Assembly (NCBI GenBank): GCA_030603365.1
Contig: JAUVXV010000001.1
Span: 320,001 to 384,000, forward strand
Direction of reading: 5' to 3'
Length of the DNA: 64,000 bases
DNA from: Candidatus Heimdallarchaeota archaeon
Lineage (GTDB): Archaea > Asgardarchaeota > Heimdallarchaeia > Heimdallarchaeales > Heimdallarchaeaceae
The position numbers and the translations under genes were made by a program. Below are positions 26,809 to 36,884 of the stretch, piece by piece; positions within the stretch are counted from its first letter, which is position 1, and the number at the start of each line of letters is the position of its first letter. The notes beneath the pieces were generated by a model. It was not told the origin of the DNA and did not search any database. It saw only the letters and a list, made by a program, of their open reading frames with translations.

Positions 26809-26917
26809 AAAAGGGCACAGAGCCCGGCTCCACTCCAAGAATAATGGGCCGAAGGACCCAGAAGAAAGAAATTAAACAGATTGTGAAACTTCAACAGGTT
26901 GCTCTACTAAGAACTCG
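26511..26917. repeat. 407-bp direct repeat, copy 2
   Basis: See 16831-17237. Confidence 0.95.
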
Positions 26918-27144
26918 AAATTTTCCCTAATACTTGGGTCGAGATAGTAGAAGACCGAACGCATATCTGACAAATTGGACATTTTTTTGAGGATGCCTTT
27001 CTCTAATAATCTTCTTATACCATACCTTACTGTTCTTTCAGGTTGTTCTACTGAACCGAGGATTTGCTTCTGAGTCATAGGACCATTTATGTCTAAGACC
27101 TTAATTATGTCTTCTCCACCACGTGGCAATTTTCGTCTTTTCAT
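26872..27144 (-). CDS. MarR/ArsR-like winged-helix protein; apparent integration target
   Basis: 'IIKVLDINGPMTQKQI...PERTVRYGIRRLLEKGIL...DMRSVFYYL'. AAGGTG SD before ATG 27144. Confidence 0.85.
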   Translation of the reverse strand: MKRRKLPRGGEDIIKVLDINGPMTQKQILGSVEQPERTVRYGIRRLLEKGILKKMSNLSDMRSVFYYLDPSIRENFEFLVEQPVEVSQSV

Positions 27145-27582
27145 TTTTTTACACCTTGATTTTTTAAATCCCTTCAATCAATTTTCATTGACTGTCATGC
27201 TCTTTTGAGCCTTTTTTTGTTGGTGATATCCTCTCCTACCATCTGTCCTTATAAACTTTTGGGAGGTTCAAATACCGCTACTCTACCGTAATTCGGATGA
27301 TTCTATATGTATTATTCATACATATCTCATTATTTCATTTCTTTATGAAATGTTCCGACTCAAAGGTTCTAGTACTAATACTTGTCCTTTTTCACTTATA
27401 TACATTTCTCAAAACAAGGCAAAAAATGAAAATCTTCAACCTATTATTTGTTTTTTTTGCATTTTCAAGTCAATTTGCGAGTTACTACTACTCAATTTTC
27501 ACGTGTAACTCATTCTTTTTTCTTGAGGAAACTAATTCGGTTAATTAGTTAAATTTAAAACCGTTTCATTCTTCTTTATTTT

Positions 27583-27990
27583 GTGACTACCTTTAGAAAG
27601 CGAGAACTGCTTCTATATTACGGCGTAGCTTATCTTATTACTGCTGTACTTGAAACCATTTTATTTACCGCAATTATTGGTGATTGGACTTTTATAGATA
27701 TTCTGCTCAATTTCAGTATGTGGGGAATTATTTGGTTGGTGTCATTATTTGCTTATCCTATGTTCTTCTTAGATGTTAATAGATCAAATTTAGCTCTTAG
27801 TCCATATTTATCACTTTTAGGTTACGTTATTATCATCTTAGTTTATTATCTAACTTATAAATTTCATAAAAAGAAAATAGAAGCAAAAACAGAAAAGAAA
27901 TTGACTTTCAATAAACTAATAGATCTTTATTTCCCTGTTGGCAAGAGTACAAAAACCAAATCTAAAGAAACTGAACAATCTTCGAAATAA
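27583..27990 (+). CDS. Hypothetical membrane protein
   Basis: Three hydrophobic segments and a basic tail. Confidence 0.6.
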   Translation: MTTFRKRELLLYYGVAYLITAVLETILFTAIIGDWTFIDILLNFSMWGIIWLVSLFAYPMFFLDVNRSNLALSPYLSLLGYVIIILVYYLTYKFHKKKIEAKTEKKLTFNKLIDLYFPVGKSTKTKSKETEQSSK

Positions 27991-28045
27991 TACTCTCACT
28001 TAGTTACATAGAAATCTTAAATTATACTCTAATTCTCTTAAACTT

Positions 28046-29167
28046 GTGACTCTCAAAATAGGTTTTATTGTAAATCCCATTGCGGGTTTAGGTGGAAAAA
28101 AAGCTTGGAAAGGGACCGACGATATAGATGATGCTTGGAGTTTTTTTGAAGAGGGAGAAAAATATTCTTTTGAAAGAGTAAAAACAGCTATTGAATCTAT
28201 TCCTACTTCTATACCAATAGTTTTTCATTACTGTGGAAATCCAATGGGAGAAGAATTACTAAATCTATTTTCATTTGAAGGAAAAGAAGTTTATCAACCT
28301 AATACAGAAAGGACAACAGCTGAAGATACAAGAAATGCATCCAAAGTTTTTCTAGATTTAAAAGTAGATCTTATTCTATTTGTTGGTGGGGATGGTACTG
28401 CTAGAGATGTTGCTTCTGTAATCGGGGACAAAATACCTGTTCTTGGAATTCCATCTGGAGTCAAGATGTATAGTGGCTGTTTTCTTTATAGACCTCAAGA
28501 TCTTGGTGATATACTTGAAGAGATGTACTTTGGTGATATAACATTTGCACCAGAAGACATAATGGATATAAATGAAGAACTTTTTAGGAAAAATCAGGTT
28601 CAATCCTCATTGTATGGTCACTTATTAGTTCCACAGAAAACTGGATTAATACAAGGTGGAAAAATATCTTCTTCTGTTACAACAATAGAAACATATGAGT
28701 CTATGTCATTAGAGTTAGTTGAAGTATTCGATATTTTAAAAGGAATTGCTATTTTGGGAACTGGAAGTACTGTCTATCATGTTCTAAAATCAATAGGAAT
28801 TGAAAAAACACTGCTTGGTATTGATGTGGCAGAAGATGGTAAAATTATCAAAAAAGATGTGGATGAAGAAACTCTCTTCCAAACTATACTGAACAAAGAT
28901 GTTAGAATGGTTCTTACTCCAATTGGAGGACAGGGTTTCATTTTAGGACGGGGAAATCAACAGATTAGTGCTAGGGTCTTAAATGCTGTAAAAAGTTTAA
29001 AACTGATAATTGTTTCAACTTCAGAAAAGCTTCAAACAATTGATCAACTAGAATTGGATCTTGGTGATCACGTTGAGATTGAGGACATCAAGAATGGTTA
29101 TATTAAGGTATTGACCGAATATCATCAATACAAATTAACTAAGATTACTGCAAATAGTTTGGACTAG
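28046..29167 (+). CDS. ATP-NAD kinase-like family protein
   Basis: 'GFIVNPIAGLGG', 'GGDGTARD', 'GIPSGVKMYSG', 'GGQGFILGRGNQQIS'. Confidence 0.88.
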   Translation: MTLKIGFIVNPIAGLGGKKAWKGTDDIDDAWSFFEEGEKYSFERVKTAIESIPTSIPIVFHYCGNPMGEELLNLFSFEGKEVYQPNTERTTAEDTRNASKVFLDLKVDLILFVGGDGTARDVASVIGDKIPVLGIPSGVKMYSGCFLYRPQDLGDILEEMYFGDITFAPEDIMDINEELFRKNQVQSSLYGHLLVPQKTGLIQGGKISSSVTTIETYESMSLELVEVFDILKGIAILGTGSTVYHVLKSIGIEKTLLGIDVAEDGKIIKKDVDEETLFQTILNKDVRMVLTPIGGQGFILGRGNQQISARVLNAVKSLKLIIVSTSEKLQTIDQLELDLGDHVEIEDIKNGYIKVLTEYHQYKLTKITANSLD

Positions 29168-30084
29168 ATTTCATCAAAGAACCGCATTTTGAATTCATGA
29201 ATGTCATCATCATATTCCTTTTTGATTAAATCTGTTGTTACCCGAAATTCTGCAGTTTGAATTGTTTTTCTTAAGTCAGGTATTTTATCGACAACCTCTC
29301 TTTTGTATTTCTCTTTTGCTTCATCGCTTTGAACTTGATTATGAATCATCCCGCTGAAAATTAATGCTTTTTCAATAAGAACAATAGGTGTGAAACAGAC
29401 ATCTAATACTGAAGCACGACTTTCTTCTGAAATACAAACTTTTAGGGCTCGAGCTATATCTGGTAAAATAACTGTGTCAAAAACTAGTGACTGACTCTTA
29501 GGGTTGACCAGGTAATCTAATAATTGTAATATCTGGTTTTTCATTTCAGGACTGAAACTACGAAAGTCCCTTGGTTTGAGTGATAGCATATTAAAATCAT
29601 CATAAGCTAGTGCAACAGTCGTCTCAATACTTGCTTGTTCTAGTGCAGGTTCTTCCGGAACAACATCTTTCTTACCTTTCTTTTCCTTCTTTGATGTTTT
29701 AGGTGGTGTAATATCTTTAGATAAATGGTAAATCTTACGTAAGTCTAGAAAAACACCTCTACCTCTAAATACAAGATTATGGGCTTCACCTGGTTCATAG
29801 ATGTATTTACCTTGTTTCTCAACTACTGCTTGAAAAGAACCATCTTCCCATAGTGGAAAGGTAATCTCATAAGATGCTCTACTAACCTTGTCCCCCTTCT
29901 CACAAACTAAAGCATTTGTTATGTCGTTTGGTAAACCATTTTTCTGACCAATTAATAGCACATTATCTATTCCTTCTCCATATCCTTCATAAACAACAAT
30001 CAATTCCACTTGTTTACCTTCATTAACTGTAACTGAAGACATGTATAAAGGAAAATCATCACTACTATCACTCATGATACTCAC
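29164..30084 (-). CDS. Hypothetical protein
   Basis: 306-aa ORF with a beta-rich N-half, Lys-rich linker and helical C-half. Not recognised. Confidence 0.6.
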   Translation of the reverse strand: MSIMSDSSDDFPLYMSSVTVNEGKQVELIVVYEGYGEGIDNVLLIGQKNGLPNDITNALVCEKGDKVSRASYEITFPLWEDGSFQAVVEKQGKYIYEPGEAHNLVFRGRGVFLDLRKIYHLSKDITPPKTSKKEKKGKKDVVPEEPALEQASIETTVALAYDDFNMLSLKPRDFRSFSPEMKNQILQLLDYLVNPKSQSLVFDTVILPDIARALKVCISEESRASVLDVCFTPIVLIEKALIFSGMIHNQVQSDEAKEKYKREVVDKIPDLRKTIQTAEFRVTTDLIKKEYDDDIHEFKMRFFDEI

Positions 30085-30175
30085 ACAACATTCTCTATTT
30101 GCTCAAAAAAGCTTTTCGAAAGTATCGTATATTATTTTATAAACAAAACAAGGAAAAAAAAGGAGTTCTAATATT

Positions 30176-31330
30176 TTAGTGATTATCAAAGAATTCTCTT
30201 AATGTTGAAACGACATAATCAAGAGATTCATCAGTAAGTGATGTAACCATTGGAAGTTCAAAGTGGTTTTGAGCGATGAATTCTGCATTGGGACAGGTAG
30301 TTTTAGAATAGTCTGGATAATCAATAACTCTTGATAAATGCCAGTTACTCAAATCTTTATAACAGGGTTGTTGGTAAGATAAGATACTGTAAATTGTTCT
30401 AGACCCCACATTCTTAGATTTAAGATATTCTATTATCTGCTGTTGAGTCACACCTTCTTTCTGTATTATGGGTGCCATAATATAATCAGAATGTTGATGA
30501 CCAGGAAAAATTTTCTGTAACACAAGTTCATCAAATTCTTTTAGCATCTTTCGATATCTATTTCCATTGTGGTGTCGCTTGGAAAGAATCTCATCTGCTC
30601 TTTCCATTTGGACATTCATTATTGCTCCTGTCATATCTGTAGATCTATAATTATATCCGATTCTGTAGTGCGCATATCCTCCTGCAGGACTTCTCCCATG
30701 ATTCTTGAGACTTTTTACTTTTTCAAATAACTCTTCATTATTGGTAATTACTGCCCCTCCCTCTCCTCCGACTAGATTTTTGGTGCCATAAAATGAAAAG
30801 CAGCCAATTTGACCAAAGTTGCCGACGTGAGTATTGTCTATTAAAGCACCGTGCCCTTGAGCACAGTCCTCTAATACAATTAAGTTGTTATCTTCAGCTA
30901 TATCCATTATAGCCTTCATATCACATGGGTTCCCAAAGATGTGAACAGGCATGATAGCCTCAGTTTTGTCAGTAATCTTATCTTCTATTTTTTCAGGATC
31001 AATGTTGTATGTCTCTTTATCTATATCTGCAAATATGGGTATTGCCCCTGAAAACAAAATAGCATTTGATGAAGCAATAAATGTAAAAGGTGTAGTTATT
31101 ACTTCGTCTTTTGGTCCAATATCTAAGGCTATCATAGCCAAGTGCAATGCACATGTGCCATTTACAGTAACTGTTGAAAATTTTGCTCCGGTGAAATTAG
31201 AGAACTTTTCTTCAAACATCTTTGTATTTTTCCCTTCTATTAGGAATTTGCTTTTTACAACATCTTTAACTGCTTCAATCTCACGTTCTTTGATATCTAC
31301 ATCAACAACTGGTATCATTATTTTTCCCAC
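30176..31330 (-). CDS. DegT/DnrJ/EryC1/StrS family sugar aminotransferase
   Basis: 'NGTCALHLA', 'PFTFIAS', 'EDCAQGHG', 'FSFYGTKNLVGGEGG', 'GYNYR'. Confidence 0.93.
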   Translation of the reverse strand: MGKIMIPVVDVDIKEREIEAVKDVVKSKFLIEGKNTKMFEEKFSNFTGAKFSTVTVNGTCALHLAMIALDIGPKDEVITTPFTFIASSNAILFSGAIPIFADIDKETYNIDPEKIEDKITDKTEAIMPVHIFGNPCDMKAIMDIAEDNNLIVLEDCAQGHGALIDNTHVGNFGQIGCFSFYGTKNLVGGEGGAVITNNEELFEKVKSLKNHGRSPAGGYAHYRIGYNYRSTDMTGAIMNVQMERADEILSKRHHNGNRYRKMLKEFDELVLQKIFPGHQHSDYIMAPIIQKEGVTQQQIIEYLKSKNVGSRTIYSILSYQQPCYKDLSNWHLSRVIDYPDYSKTTCPNAEFIAQNHFELPMVTSLTDESLDYVVSTLREFFDNH

Positions 31331-31403
31331 AATTTAAATTAACTGTTTTTGAGTAAATTACAGTAAATTTAAATCCTTATAAAAGTTTTGGTTGTCTCTA
31401 TGT

Positions 31404-32261
31404 TCATTTAAAAACAATTCTTGTACGATAAACCAAACCTTTCACAGAAAGTGGAATACGAATTTTCTTAAAAGAAACCTTTGAATTTTCGAGATTTATT
31501 ATAGCGAAGTTCCTATTAACAAGAGCACCTGGATTAATTGAAATAGCAGAATTTAGATGATCAACATTTTGAGATTCATGTATATGTCCAGTAAAAATGA
31601 ATTTGTATGGGATTTTCATTATATGTTTTCTAATCAGCACACTTCCTTCATGAGTCGATGTTTCTGGTATATAATCAAGATTAGTATCTCGAGGAGGTTC
31701 ATGAAATAGACCAATTACTAGTTTCTTCTTTTTATCTTGTAAATTATTAAACTGTTTTTCCAATCTAGCAAGATCCGTTTCTATATTATCTAGCTCTTTC
31801 TCTCCTGGAGTTTGTAAGGGGGTTCGATAATCTGCTGGAGAGCAAAATCCATATCCCACGATAGTCAAATCATCAAAAACTTCAATAGAATTGCCAACAT
31901 AGAAAAGATTAGTTTTTTTTGATGCATAATTATTAAAGAACTTCCTAACTTCTTCTGTTTCACTATTACCGTGAGTGAAGAAAATTGGTTTGTCTAATCT
32001 CTCAAGAATTCTGAAAATCCTCTTAGCGGTTTTAATCTGGAATTTAGTAAACTTGTTAAGATATCTAGTATAAACGAGTTCTGTATATCTATCCCTGGAA
32101 ATTCTTCTGCTTCTAAGGATAGACTTGACAACCAAAGGATATGAAATTGTTCCAGTAATATCTCCAGTGATGAAAATAACTTGACATTCCTTTAGTTTTC
32201 TTTGAATTCTCCTCAAATTACTAATACAACCGTGTAAATCACCTAATATAGCAAATTTCAC
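31404..32261 (-). CDS. Calcineurin-like metallophosphoesterase
   Basis: GDLHG, TGD, HGNSE, HEPP, GHIHE, NPG. Confidence 0.9.
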   Translation of the reverse strand: MKFAILGDLHGCISNLRRIQRKLKECQVIFITGDITGTISYPLVVKSILRSRRISRDRYTELVYTRYLNKFTKFQIKTAKRIFRILERLDKPIFFTHGNSETEEVRKFFNNYASKKTNLFYVGNSIEVFDDLTIVGYGFCSPADYRTPLQTPGEKELDNIETDLARLEKQFNNLQDKKKKLVIGLFHEPPRDTNLDYIPETSTHEGSVLIRKHIMKIPYKFIFTGHIHESQNVDHLNSAISINPGALVNRNFAIINLENSKVSFKKIRIPLSVKGLVYRTRIVFK

Positions 32262-33799
32262 TCAAGATCACCAAGAAGCTTACCTGTTTCTTGTTCAATC
32301 ATTTGGATGAGTTTTCTGTTGTATATCTGTTCCCCAATCCAATTAACTTCAGTATCAAAAAATCTGTCTTCCTTCAAAGGTGGGATTGTTTCTCTTATGA
32401 ATGAGTAGACTTTGTTTAATCCATTTGATATGGTCCTAGTTTCATTGAATCCTAATGCTTGACACGCTGTATAAATTTCTACAGCTATCATCTTAGACAC
32501 ATTATTTACTATCTTGTAAGTTTTCTTACTTGCAGTTAATCCCATAGAAACATGATCTTCTTGATTTGCGGATACAGAAGTATTGTCAATAGAAGCTGGG
32601 GAGGCGAGTACCTTGTTTTCTGCGGAAATAGCAGTATCAGCATATTGTAAAATCATTAATCCTGAGTTCAAACCAGGTTGTTCTGATAAGAAAGGAGGAA
32701 GATCAGAAATTGAAGAATCTAATAGTAAGTTGACTCTTCTTTCGGAAATATTCCCCAACTCAGTCATAGCTATTCCAAGATAGTCCATTGAAAGTCCTAT
32801 GGGTTCTCCATGAAAATTACCCCCCGAGGCAACTTCCGAGTTTTCCAGATCTATAAGTGGATTATCTGTTGTTGAATTAATCTCAATTTCTACAAGATTC
32901 TTACAATATATAATTGCATCTAAAATCGCACCATGAACTTGAGGAGAACATCTGATAGAGTAAGGATCTTGAATCCTTTTTGGTTGTTTGCTAAGTAAAT
33001 CGCTTCCTTCTAGAATATCAAGTAAAGCTTTTGCAAACTCTTTTTGACCTTTGTGTGGGCGCAAATTCATAATGAAAGATGAGAAAGCTTGAACATTTCC
33101 ATCAAAAGCTTCCAAAGTTAGTCCGACTGATAACACAGAATTCTTCAAAACATTTATTCCATCATAGACGGTATGAACAGCAAATGAAGTAAGTACATGA
33201 GTTCCATTAATTAGTGATAATCCTTCCTTAGCACTAAGTTCAATCGGAGATAAACCTATTTTTGCAAGAATTTCAGAACCTTTGAATATTTTATCTTCAA
33301 ATTTAGCTTCTCCTTCACCTATGAGGATTCTTGCAATATATGCAAGCGGTGATAAATCTCCACTAGCTCCTAAAGAACCAATACTAGGTACAAGAGGTAT
33401 GATTCGGTTATTGATTAACTTCTCAAGCATTTCAGCTAGTTCTATTCTAATACCACTACCCCCCCTACAAAAGGAATTAAGTTCAATAACCAATGCACCT
33501 AAAACAACTTCATCAGGGAGATAAGGACCAAAACCAATACTGTGTGATTTTATGAGATTTGTTTGTAGTTTCTCTCTTTCAGATGGAGAGATGATTTTGT
33601 TTTCAAGTTTTCCAAAACCTGTAGAAACACCATAGATAATTTCATTTTTCGCAAGCTTCTCTTCGATAATACTTCTTGCCTTTTTGATTCTTTCTCTCCC
33701 CTCTTTACCTATTTTAACTGCATTTCTAAAGCGTGTAACTTCAATTATGTCATTTAAAGTTAGTGAATCTCCATCTAAAATAATGAATTCATTACTCAT
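32258..33799 (-). CDS. hutH: Histidine ammonia-lyase
   Basis: YGVSTGFG, 'NLIKSHS', MIO-forming 'GASGDL', 'QDPYSIRCSPQVHG', 'SGGNFHGEP', 'NQEDHVSMG'. Confidence 0.9.
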   Translation of the reverse strand: MSNEFIILDGDSLTLNDIIEVTRFRNAVKIGKEGRERIKKARSIIEEKLAKNEIIYGVSTGFGKLENKIISPSEREKLQTNLIKSHSIGFGPYLPDEVVLGALVIELNSFCRGGSGIRIELAEMLEKLINNRIIPLVPSIGSLGASGDLSPLAYIARILIGEGEAKFEDKIFKGSEILAKIGLSPIELSAKEGLSLINGTHVLTSFAVHTVYDGINVLKNSVLSVGLTLEAFDGNVQAFSSFIMNLRPHKGQKEFAKALLDILEGSDLLSKQPKRIQDPYSIRCSPQVHGAILDAIIYCKNLVEIEINSTTDNPLIDLENSEVASGGNFHGEPIGLSMDYLGIAMTELGNISERRVNLLLDSSISDLPPFLSEQPGLNSGLMILQYADTAISAENKVLASPASIDNTSVSANQEDHVSMGLTASKKTYKIVNNVSKMIAVEIYTACQALGFNETRTISNGLNKVYSFIRETIPPLKEDRFFDTEVNWIGEQIYNRKLIQMIEQETGKLLGDLE

Positions 33800-33960
33800 G
33801 TTACTCTAGTATTTTATGATTCCTTCTTATTTATTATGCTTTCTCCAAATTAGAGATTAATGCAAAACTGTAATGTTAATCAAATAACTAACGTATATTG
33901 GGGAAAAATTTTAAACAGAAAGAAGAACGATTGCTAAATATCAAATTAGGAGATAAGAAT

Positions 33961-35484
33961 ATGACCTATGTAATTACAGGTAAAGGACTAACGATTGAAG
34001 ATGTTGTAAATGTCGCACGACATAATGAAAAAGTGGAAATCCATCCTGATGCAATGGAACGAATGAAAAAATGCAGGGAAATGATAGAGGAGAAAATTGC
34101 AGCAAAAGAAATTATGTATGGAATTACCACTGGAATAGGAGAATTTTCTGAAGTTGTCTTAACAGATGAAGAAGTTTTGTTATTTCAGAAATATTTGATC
34201 TATAATCATGCTGCGGGAATTGGTAAAGCTGCGCCAATAGAACATATTCGTGGAGCAATGTTAGGTAGAATAAATGTTTTAGCAAATGGTTATTCAGGCA
34301 ATAGACCTATTATTGCAGAAACATATGTAGAGATGTTAAATAAAGGAGTTACTCCTGAAGTTTGTGAAAAAGGATCTGTAGGTGCTTCTGGTGATCTAGC
34401 TCCTATGTCACAACTTGCTCTCTTATTAATGGGTGAAGGTCGAGCTTTTTACAAAGGAGAATTGCTACCAGGAAAGGAAGCTTTAGATAGAGCAGGCATT
34501 GAAGTACCTGGTTTACAAGCAAGAGATGGTTTGGCTGCAATCAATGGATCCAACCTTCTTACGGCAATGAGTGCTATTTTTCTATATGATGCTGAACGGT
34601 TTATGAAACATGCAGAAATTGCCTGTGCTATGTCCATTGAAGCATTAATGGGTAACATGAAACCTTACACACCTAAACTTCATGAAATTCGAGGTTTTCC
34701 TGGAGCAGTTAGATGTGCAAAAGCTCTCTCCAAACTTTTCAAAGGTGGAGATCTTTATGAAGGAAAACTAAAAGTTAAGGTACAAGATGCATATTCAATG
34801 CGTTCTGCACCACAGGTTTTAGGTGCTACACATGATACTCTAGCTTGGGCTCGATCTCAAGTAGAAATTGAACTGAATGGTGTTGGGGATAATCCTGTTT
34901 TCTTTACAGAAGAAAAACTTACACTAACTGGTGCTAACTTTCAAGGTACTCCTGTTTGTTTACCTATGGATTTAGCAGGAGCTGCAATTACAATGGTTTG
35001 TGTAATGTCTGAACGCAGAATGAATAGGTTAAATCATCCAGCTTTGAGTATAGGATTACCACCTTTCCTATCAAAACATGCAGGACTAATGTCTGGTTTG
35101 ATGTTAAGTCAATATACTGCAGGTATGCAAATAGTAGAAATGAGAATTTTATCTGCGCCTGCTAGTATACAGTCTATTCCAGCAGCAGCAGATCAAGAGG
35201 ATTTTGTATCAATGGGGATGAACACTGCACTTAAGAATTTCCAAATTATGGATAATGCATATGGTGTTCTTGGTATTGAGTTCATGGCTGCTGCTCAAGC
35301 TTTAGACTTTAGAGAATATAATTTCGGTGACGGTGTAACTAAAGCTAAGGAAGTTATACGAAGACATGTTGAATTCTTAGATATAGATAGACCTTTATTT
35401 GATGACCATAATGCAATGAAAGCGTTAGTCAAATCCTGTGAAATTCTTAAAGAAGTAGAAAAGGAAATTGGAAGTTTAGGTTAA
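33961..35484 (+). CDS. Second MIO-dependent aromatic amino acid ammonia-lyase/mutase (HAL/PAL/TAL family)
   Basis: YGITTGIG, 'YLIYNHAAG', GASGDL, 'QDAYSMR', 'GANFQG', 'DQEDFVSMG'. AGGAG SD before ATG 33961. Confidence 0.88.
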   Translation: MTYVITGKGLTIEDVVNVARHNEKVEIHPDAMERMKKCREMIEEKIAAKEIMYGITTGIGEFSEVVLTDEEVLLFQKYLIYNHAAGIGKAAPIEHIRGAMLGRINVLANGYSGNRPIIAETYVEMLNKGVTPEVCEKGSVGASGDLAPMSQLALLLMGEGRAFYKGELLPGKEALDRAGIEVPGLQARDGLAAINGSNLLTAMSAIFLYDAERFMKHAEIACAMSIEALMGNMKPYTPKLHEIRGFPGAVRCAKALSKLFKGGDLYEGKLKVKVQDAYSMRSAPQVLGATHDTLAWARSQVEIELNGVGDNPVFFTEEKLTLTGANFQGTPVCLPMDLAGAAITMVCVMSERRMNRLNHPALSIGLPPFLSKHAGLMSGLMLSQYTAGMQIVEMRILSAPASIQSIPAAADQEDFVSMGMNTALKNFQIMDNAYGVLGIEFMAAAQALDFREYNFGDGVTKAKEVIRRHVEFLDIDRPLFDDHNAMKALVKSCEILKEVEKEIGSLG

Positions 35485-35510
35485 ATACAATCTGAATTAT
35501 AGCAATTATT

Positions 35511-35541
35511 GGGATGTGGTTAACACCTTCATTCCCTTTTA
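35511..35541 (+). terminator. Hairpin + T-tract after the second lyase gene
   Basis: GGGATG...CATTCCC followed by TTTT. Confidence 0.45.
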
Positions 35542-35589
35542 TATATTTTTACTAACATAACTTTAAAAACGATGTTTTATCCTTGAAAA

Positions 35590-36861
35590 TTGAGAATGAT
35601 GCAAGATACTGAAAAAGAAGGTATTATCATTTCCAACGCTTCGGAACTATTTCTAGGCCCAGTAACAAAACATGAACCTGTATATTCTAATGAAATTGCA
35701 GATGCAGTTGTTATTAAGAAAGGTATAATTGAAGCAATTGGAGAAACATCAATTATATTGTCCAATTACTCGAAGTTTGATTATGAAATAATTGATTGCA
35801 AAAAAAGGAATGCAGTATGTTCAAGTTTTGTCGATTCGCACACTCATCTTGTTTTTGCAGGCGATAGATCTCATGAATTGCGAATGAAGTTACAGGGAAA
35901 ATCATATCTAGAAATAGCTCAAGGTGGCGGAGGAATTATGTTTTCCGTTAATAAAACACGCGAAGCTTCAGAATCAGAACTTGAAAACCTTGCTCTTCAA
36001 CGCTTAGATGAAATGCTTCTACATGGAACTACCACAATTGAAGCAAAATCTGGTTATGGTTTGGATGCAGAGAACGAAATTAAAATCTTGGAAGTTATAC
36101 AAAGTGTAAATGAAAAACATCCAATTGAAATTATTTCTACTTTTTTAGGGTGTCATATAACACCTACAGATTTTCTAGGAAATCAATGGGAATATATTGA
36201 AAGCATGATGCAACTTCTACCTCAAATTAAGTCTCGAAATCTTGCTGAGTTTGTAGATATTTGGACCGATCAAGGAGCTTTTTCAGTTGAAGAATCAACA
36301 TTATTTCTAGAACAGTCCAAAGAGATGGGATTCAAGAGCAGAGTGCATGCTGATGAACTGGAAAACGTGGGAGCTGCAATAATGGCTGCTAATCTTAGGG
36401 CCGTATCTGCAGACCATCTTCTATTATCAGAAGCAGTTTCAGCAGATGCAATGGCTGAAGCAAATGTTGTAGCTAACCTACTTCCCGCTACTCCGTTTGT
36501 ATTAATGTCAAAGAAATATGCAAATTATCAAATGTTTAAAGATGCAGGAGTTACAGTTGCATTGTCATCAGATTTTAACCCAAATTGCTATGTTTTAGAT
36601 ATGCAAACAGTAATCGCATTAGGCTGTTATATGATGAAAATGTTACCTGAAGAAGCATTACAAGCATCTACTTATGGAGGAGCAGTATCTCTCAATAGAG
36701 AAAATGAAATTGGGTCTATTGACATAGGAAAAAGTGCAGATATTCAGATATTAGATGTCCAAAACATTGCTTCAATACCATACAAATTCGGTGTAAACCA
36801 TGTTAATACTGTGATTAAGAACGGTAAAATAGTGGTTGAAAATGGAATAAAAGTAGAATAA
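35590..36861 (+). CDS. hutI: Imidazolonepropionase
   Basis: DSHTHLVFAGDR, 'GTTTIEAKSGYGL', HADEL, SADHL, 'SSDFNPN'. Confidence 0.94.
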   Translation: MRMMQDTEKEGIIISNASELFLGPVTKHEPVYSNEIADAVVIKKGIIEAIGETSIILSNYSKFDYEIIDCKKRNAVCSSFVDSHTHLVFAGDRSHELRMKLQGKSYLEIAQGGGGIMFSVNKTREASESELENLALQRLDEMLLHGTTTIEAKSGYGLDAENEIKILEVIQSVNEKHPIEIISTFLGCHITPTDFLGNQWEYIESMMQLLPQIKSRNLAEFVDIWTDQGAFSVEESTLFLEQSKEMGFKSRVHADELENVGAAIMAANLRAVSADHLLLSEAVSADAMAEANVVANLLPATPFVLMSKKYANYQMFKDAGVTVALSSDFNPNCYVLDMQTVIALGCYMMKMLPEEALQASTYGGAVSLNRENEIGSIDIGKSADIQILDVQNIASIPYKFGVNHVNTVIKNGKIVVENGIKVE

Positions 36862-36884
36862 TTTTATAGTTTATTTTCTAATTT

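Larger units (their letters stand above)
14428..26871. mobile_element. Accessory island of tandemly integrated, partly decayed elements at the 3' end of the wHTH gene
   Basis: Duplicated 46-bp 3' end of gene 26872-27177 at 17192-17237, internal duplications, truncated genes, defence genes and a compositional shift. No integrase recognised. Confidence 0.7.

Noticed and set aside
16831-26917. Diversity-generating retroelement (TR/VR) explanation for the 407-bp repeat
   Set aside because: Mismatches are not confined to adenines of one copy (C/T changes occur, and A/G in both directions), and no reverse transcriptase is present.
27262-27280. GGTTCAAATACC resembling a tRNA T-loop near the island end
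   Set aside because: No T-stem pairing or cloverleaf. The duplicated att-like sequence lies in the wHTH gene instead.
27297-27548. 83-aa ORF in the AT-rich intergenic region
   Set aside because: Low-complexity F/L/I composition, no SD or motif. Probably non-coding promoter DNA.
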